DNA of 64,000 nt, taken from Leptospira sp. Its GTDB lineage: Bacteria; Spirochaetota; Leptospiria; Leptospirales; Leptospiraceae. The position numbers and the translations under genes were made by a program. The notes below the pieces were generated by a model that did not search any database, was not told the DNA's origin, and was given only the letters and a program-made list of their open reading frames with translations. Each line of letters begins with the position of its first letter. Within the stretch, counting starts at the first letter, position 1. The DNA lies in assembly GCA_034439575.1 (NCBI GenBank), contig JAWXAQ010000027.1, positions 32,001 through 96,000 of the forward strand, given 5' to 3'. Below, piece by piece: positions 59,555-64,000 of the stretch.

Positions 59555-60265
59555 ATGAAAGCCTTGTTACTTGCTGCTGGTTTCGGTACTAGATTAAGAC
59601 CTGTCACTGATAGGATTCCGAAATGCCTTGTACCGATTAATGGTAAGCCATTATTGGAAATTTGGCTCGAGCTTTTAGAAAAAGCAGATTTATCTGGAAT
59701 CATTGTTAACTTACATTATCTACCAGAAAAGGTTATTAATTTTTTAGATAATAGTAAATTTAAAAATAGAGTTACAACTGTTTACGAAAAAGAATTGTTA
59801 GGCACGGCCGGTACTTTACTTTCAAATAGACAATCTTATCCCTCAGAAGCTGTAATTCTCATTCATGCAGATAATCTTTCACAATTTGATATTATTGATT
59901 TTATTCAATCACATAACAAAAGGCCTATCGGATGTGAAATCACAATGATGACTTTCAAGACGGATTTACCTAAGTTATGCGGAATCGTTGAATCAGATGC
60001 AGAGAATAGATTGATCGGATTCTATGAGAAAGTGGAAAATCCGCCTGGCAATCTAGCAAATGGCGCAGTTTACATTGTGGAACCTTCTGTGATTCAATTT
60101 CTAATATCTTTAAATAAAGAAGTCATAGATTTTAGTACTGAAGTTATACCAAATTACCTAGGTAGAATTTTTTTATATGAAAACAACACTTACCATCGAG
60201 ACATAGGTAATTTGGAAAGTTATGCGATAGGACAAAGAGAATATCAATCGCTGCCAAAAATATGA
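59555..60265 (+). CDS. Sugar-1-phosphate nucleotidyltransferase (HddC/GMPP-like)
   Basis: LAAGFGTRLRP.T..IPKCL, LLGTAG, FYEK, DIG. Confidence 0.88.
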   Translation: MKALLLAAGFGTRLRPVTDRIPKCLVPINGKPLLEIWLELLEKADLSGIIVNLHYLPEKVINFLDNSKFKNRVTTVYEKELLGTAGTLLSNRQSYPSEAVILIHADNLSQFDIIDFIQSHNKRPIGCEITMMTFKTDLPKLCGIVESDAENRLIGFYEKVENPPGNLANGAVYIVEPSVIQFLISLNKEVIDFSTEVIPNYLGRIFLYENNTYHRDIGNLESYAIGQREYQSLPKI

Positions 60266-62310
60266 ATACCAAATTTCGATTCAGTTATAATACAATAGCA
60301 TTTTACATAGATAAATATTATTTATCTATGTTATTATTTATTTTTATTATAATAGCATTACCTGCAATAGGACTAGCAAGTCGTAATCATTCTGAAATTT
60401 GGTCTTTTGATATGGATGAAAATATCTTGATGCCGAATATCCAGAGGGCATTGAGTTTCGAATATCCTAAATTTACAGGACCCTATGGTAGTGTTCCTTA
60501 TTTTATCTGCGTTTTTATATTTTTACCAATTGCAATACTATTTAAAGTAAACAGCCTAACTTTTTCTTTCTCACAAGCAGCTTTAATGTTTCATGTCACA
60601 CAATTGTGTGTATCTTGTCTTTCGATAATTTATTTATATAAAATTGGTCAATTACTTAAGTCAAAATTGGTTTCCATTATTTCGAGTTTAGCTGTGGTCT
60701 TATGTTCAGCGAATTGGATTTGGACTCTCAATATTCATCCAGATATTTTTCAATCTAGCTTTCTTATCGTTTCGGTATATTATTGTATGCTTTTATTATC
60801 AAAAGAAGAGAGCATAATGAAGGTTTTAATATATTCTTCTTTTTTTCTGGGGTTATCTATTGGATCAAAATTTTGGGGTGTATTCTTAATTCCTGGAATT
60901 GTCTTCGCAATTTTATTTAAATTTAAATCGCGATTTATAAAGGGACTTAAGTTCTCATTTTATTTCATAGCTTTTTCGTTTATAATTTTCGCTCTTTTTA
61001 ATCTTCAATTCATCATTCAATTCGACGATGTTGTTTTATTTTTTGCACAAATGAAGAAATTGAAGATGAATGTAGGTTTTAATCCATTCTCAAATTATGA
61101 TTATAAAATTTCCAATTTTACTTCGCCTTTGTTTTTTGGTGAAATCTTAATTATATATTTTTTAATTTCCAGCGTCTATTTTGCAAAACAGTGGTTAAGA
61201 AAAAAAGATATTATATTATTACCCATATTTTTTTCATTCTACTTCTTTATGGTTTTCTATTTCGTTTTTTATAATGATCCGATTAATACTCATAATGGTG
61301 AAAGGTATATTATTGGTTTTATTTTATTAATGTTTCCTCCCGTATTTATTTGGTTAGATCGTCTATATAAAGAAAATTCTAAATATTCATTTTTTTCACT
61401 GATCCTAATTTCATTTTTTTGTATTATACATATCATAAGAATTTTAGGAATTAAAACAGAATATCTCAATATAGTTCAAAGGTATGAAGCATCATCCTTG
61501 TTTTCACATCTAAACCGATTTTATCAAAGGGAAAATACTGTAAATTTTTCAATTAGAAAATGGATTACTTCGAATGTGAAGAAAGGTGATATGATATATG
61601 TCGAATATTATCTTAATTTAACAGATAATCATAGCGATAATGCAGATTTGCCAGATGTTAATATTTTGATGGATAGTAAAATAGATATAAAAAGAATTCA
61701 ATCTGTTCAACCTGATTTCGCGATTAGCAAAGATGATTTTCTCGATTCTGATTTGATTTTATTGAAAAATTATACAAAGGAAATATATTCACCTCATGAA
61801 AATGACATACGTTACAATAAGTTATACATACTTAAGAAAAAGTATAATTTGGTAACAAATGTTTATTTTAATTTTTACGAAAGTTTCTCAATGTGTGAAA
61901 AAATTAATTTATATGAGATTGATGCACCATGGAAAAACTCACTATCCACTTTGAACCAAAACAATTTTATTTTTTCTCTACCAGAATCCACTTTGTCATG
62001 CAATTTCCAATACAATTCAAATAATAAATTATATTTAACAGGCAATGTTGGATATTGGCCTGGTGCTAAAAATTGGAATGTATCTGATGGTGTAAGGGCA
62101 AGAATTGATATATTTATTGATTCTAATAACAAAATTGAAGTTCTAAATGCCATACTTCTTCCGCAAGATAATCCTATAGATTTTTCTTTTCCACTTTCTA
62201 AATATAGAAATAAAAAGATTAAAATCAATCTTAGTATAACGAATGATATAGGAAAAAATTTAAACGGTGATTGGATTGTTTGGGAAGATCCGAAAATAGT
62301 AACAAAATGA
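60262..62310 (+). CDS. Multi-TM GT-C fold glycosyltransferase (PMT/ArnT-like) with C-terminal soluble beta domain
   Basis: DMDE after TM1, HPD, GSKF, ERY motifs; many TM helices; C-terminus homologous to that of 11054-13540. Confidence 0.72.
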   Translation: MNTKFRFSYNTIAFYIDKYYLSMLLFIFIIIALPAIGLASRNHSEIWSFDMDENILMPNIQRALSFEYPKFTGPYGSVPYFICVFIFLPIAILFKVNSLTFSFSQAALMFHVTQLCVSCLSIIYLYKIGQLLKSKLVSIISSLAVVLCSANWIWTLNIHPDIFQSSFLIVSVYYCMLLLSKEESIMKVLIYSSFFLGLSIGSKFWGVFLIPGIVFAILFKFKSRFIKGLKFSFYFIAFSFIIFALFNLQFIIQFDDVVLFFAQMKKLKMNVGFNPFSNYDYKISNFTSPLFFGEILIIYFLISSVYFAKQWLRKKDIILLPIFFSFYFFMVFYFVFYNDPINTHNGERYIIGFILLMFPPVFIWLDRLYKENSKYSFFSLILISFFCIIHIIRILGIKTEYLNIVQRYEASSLFSHLNRFYQRENTVNFSIRKWITSNVKKGDMIYVEYYLNLTDNHSDNADLPDVNILMDSKIDIKRIQSVQPDFAISKDDFLDSDLILLKNYTKEIYSPHENDIRYNKLYILKKKYNLVTNVYFNFYESFSMCEKINLYEIDAPWKNSLSTLNQNNFIFSLPESTLSCNFQYNSNNKLYLTGNVGYWPGAKNWNVSDGVRARIDIFIDSNNKIEVLNAILLPQDNPIDFSFPLSKYRNKKIKINLSITNDIGKNLNGDWIVWEDPKIVTK

Positions 62311-62363
62311 CTGTTATCAAATAGAATCAAGATTCAATTAGTTTTTTAATCAGGGAAAATTTA

Positions 62364-63146
62364 ATGAAAGTAGTAATTTTAGCAGGTGGATTCGGAACAA
62401 GAATTAGTGAAGAATCTCATTTGAAACCAAAGCCTATGATAGAGATCGGTGGAAAACCAATGTTGTGGCATATAATGAAAATATATTCCCATTATGGTTT
62501 TAATGATTTTATAATTTGTTTAGGATACAAAGGTTATGTGATCAAAGAATATTTTGCAAACTATTATTTGCATGAATCAGATGTTAGTTTTAATTTTCGA
62601 GAAGGTAATCAAATAGAGATTCACGGAAATAAAGCTGAACCATGGAGTGTTACCTTAGTTGATACAGGAATCGATACAATGACTGGTAGTCGGGTTAAAA
62701 AGATTCAAAAATATGTTGGTGATGATGCTTTTATGCTTACCTATGGAGATGGAGTTGCTGATATTAATATAAAAAACCTTCTAGATTTTCATAGAAGTCA
62801 GAAGAAAATTGCAACCGTTACAGCAATACAACCTTCTGGAAGATGGGGATCGCTTGATATTGATTCAAATCATCAGGTGCATGGATTTAAAGAAAAGGTT
62901 AAAGGTGACGGAGGTTGGATAAATGGCGGTTTTTTTATATTAGAAAATTCATTTTTTAATTATCTGAAAGAGGGAGATGATTCTATCTTTTTAGAAAGAG
63001 AACCTCTTGAAAATCTTGCAAAAAATTCTGAACTGGTCGCCTATCAGCATGATGGTTTTTGGTTAGCAATGGATACTTTGCGCGACCGTAATCAGCTTGA
63101 ACAATTATGGAAAGACGGGCAAGCCCCTTGGAAATTATGGAAATAA
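62364..63146 (+). CDS. rfbF: Glucose-1-phosphate cytidylyltransferase
   Basis: LAGGFGTRISEES..KPKPM, GYKG..IKEYF, DTG..TMTG.R, TYGDG, INGGFF, MDTLRD. Confidence 0.95.
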   Translation: MKVVILAGGFGTRISEESHLKPKPMIEIGGKPMLWHIMKIYSHYGFNDFIICLGYKGYVIKEYFANYYLHESDVSFNFREGNQIEIHGNKAEPWSVTLVDTGIDTMTGSRVKKIQKYVGDDAFMLTYGDGVADINIKNLLDFHRSQKKIATVTAIQPSGRWGSLDIDSNHQVHGFKEKVKGDGGWINGGFFILENSFFNYLKEGDDSIFLEREPLENLAKNSELVAYQHDGFWLAMDTLRDRNQLEQLWKDGQAPWKLWK

Positions 63147-64000
63147 GCAATAATTTTTGGAAAAATAAAAATGTCTTTCTAACTGGGCATACAGGTTTCA
63201 AAGGTTCTTGGATTAGTATTTGGTTAAGTTCCTTAGGTGCAAAAGTACACGGATACTCGCTTTCACCTCCAACAAGTGAAAATTTATTCACATTAGCATC
63301 GCTTGAGAATATTATATCAACTTCAACCATCGGCGATATACGCAATTTTGAGAAACTAGAACAAGCTTTTTTAATAAGCAAAGCCGATATGGTTTTGCAT
63401 ATGGCAGCTCAGCCATTAGTGAGGGAATCATATATTTCTCCCCTCGAAACCATACAAACGAACGTAATGGGTACTGCAAATTTGTTAGAAGTTTTGCGTA
63501 AAAATGAAAATTCTGTTCGTGCATTTCTGAATATAACGACTGATAAAGTATATGAGAATCGAGAATGGCTTTGGGGATATAGAGAAAATGAAGCCTTGGG
63601 TGGGTACGACCCATATTCAAGTAGTAAAGCCTGTTCCGAATTGCTTACTTCTGCATATAGAAGTTCATTTTTTAATCCGACTTTGATATCGGAACACAAT
63701 ATGGCTATTGCTTCCGCTCGTGCAGGAAATGTCATTGGTGGTGGTGATTTCGCTGTTGATAGACTTATCCCTGATTTAATTCGATCTATTTTAAATAAAG
63801 AAAAGGTTCGTATTAGAAATCCCAATTCTGTGAGGCCTTGGCAACATGTTATCGAACCTATCGCAGGATATTTAATGTTATTACAGAAGTTATATGAAGA
63901 TGGAGCATCTTTTGTTGGTAGTTGGAATTTCGGACCAAAGACTAAGGATATGATCCCTGTAATTGAAATCGTAAATAAATTTAAAGAAATATATTGGAGA
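63137..64000 (+). CDS. rfbG: CDP-glucose 4,6-dehydratase (3'-truncated; absent from the ORF track)
   Basis: ATG at 63137 overlaps the rfbF end: MEISNNFWKNKNVFLTGHTGFKGSW...HMAAQPLVRESY...TTDKVY...GGYDPYSSSKAC...RAGNVIGGGD...RPWQHV; open to the window end. Confidence 0.93.
   Translation, partial: MEISNNFWKNKNVFLTGHTGFKGSWISIWLSSLGAKVHGYSLSPPTSENLFTLASLENIISTSTIGDIRNFEKLEQAFLISKADMVLHMAAQPLVRESYISPLETIQTNVMGTANLLEVLRKNENSVRAFLNITTDKVYENREWLWGYRENEALGGYDPYSSSKACSELLTSAYRSSFFNPTLISEHNMAIASARAGNVIGGGDFAVDRLIPDLIRSILNKEKVRIRNPNSVRPWQHVIEPIAGYLMLLQKLYEDGASFVGSWNFGPKTKDMIPVIEIVNKFKEIYWR

Noticed and set aside
1-64000. CRISPR arrays, tRNA/rRNA, IS elements, prophage or defence genes
   Set aside because: No regularly spaced repeats, RNA-gene-like segments or transposase/integrase/nuclease motifs were seen, and intergenic gaps are too short for most of these.

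Overview
The window is an AT-rich, densely packed, entirely plus-strand run of about 62 genes from a very large surface-polysaccharide (LPS O-antigen, rfb-type) biosynthesis locus, truncated at both ends. Gene content and style resemble Leptospira rfb loci, but the organism is an inference. Recognisable modules: (i) AlgI/AlgJ-type O-acylation; (ii) 2,3-diamino-uronate (WbpB/WbpE/WbpD-like) genes with an amidotransferase-HisH-HisF acetamidino triad; (iii) a dispersed, heavily tailored legionaminic-acid pathway (legB, legC, neuD, neuB, CBS-nucleotidyltransferase, neuC, neuA) with a formyltransferase, a PIG-L deacetylase, a second amidino triad, a frameshifted Maf/DUF115 gene, a B12 radical SAM enzyme and a ferredoxin; (iv) a Wzx flippase and a SPASM radical SAM enzyme; (v) a ~22 kb cassette with two separate ThDP C-C bond-forming systems, a second B12 radical SAM enzyme, an SIS isomerase, a reversed-order HldE-like enzyme, several SDRs and methyltransferases, DPM-like GT2/flippase-like/GT-C genes and rfbF-rfbG. 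Module (v) is the best candidate for an uncharacterised branched or higher-carbon sugar pathway. No RNA genes, CRISPR arrays or mobile elements were seen. All product calls come from motif recognition by eye, with no database searches.
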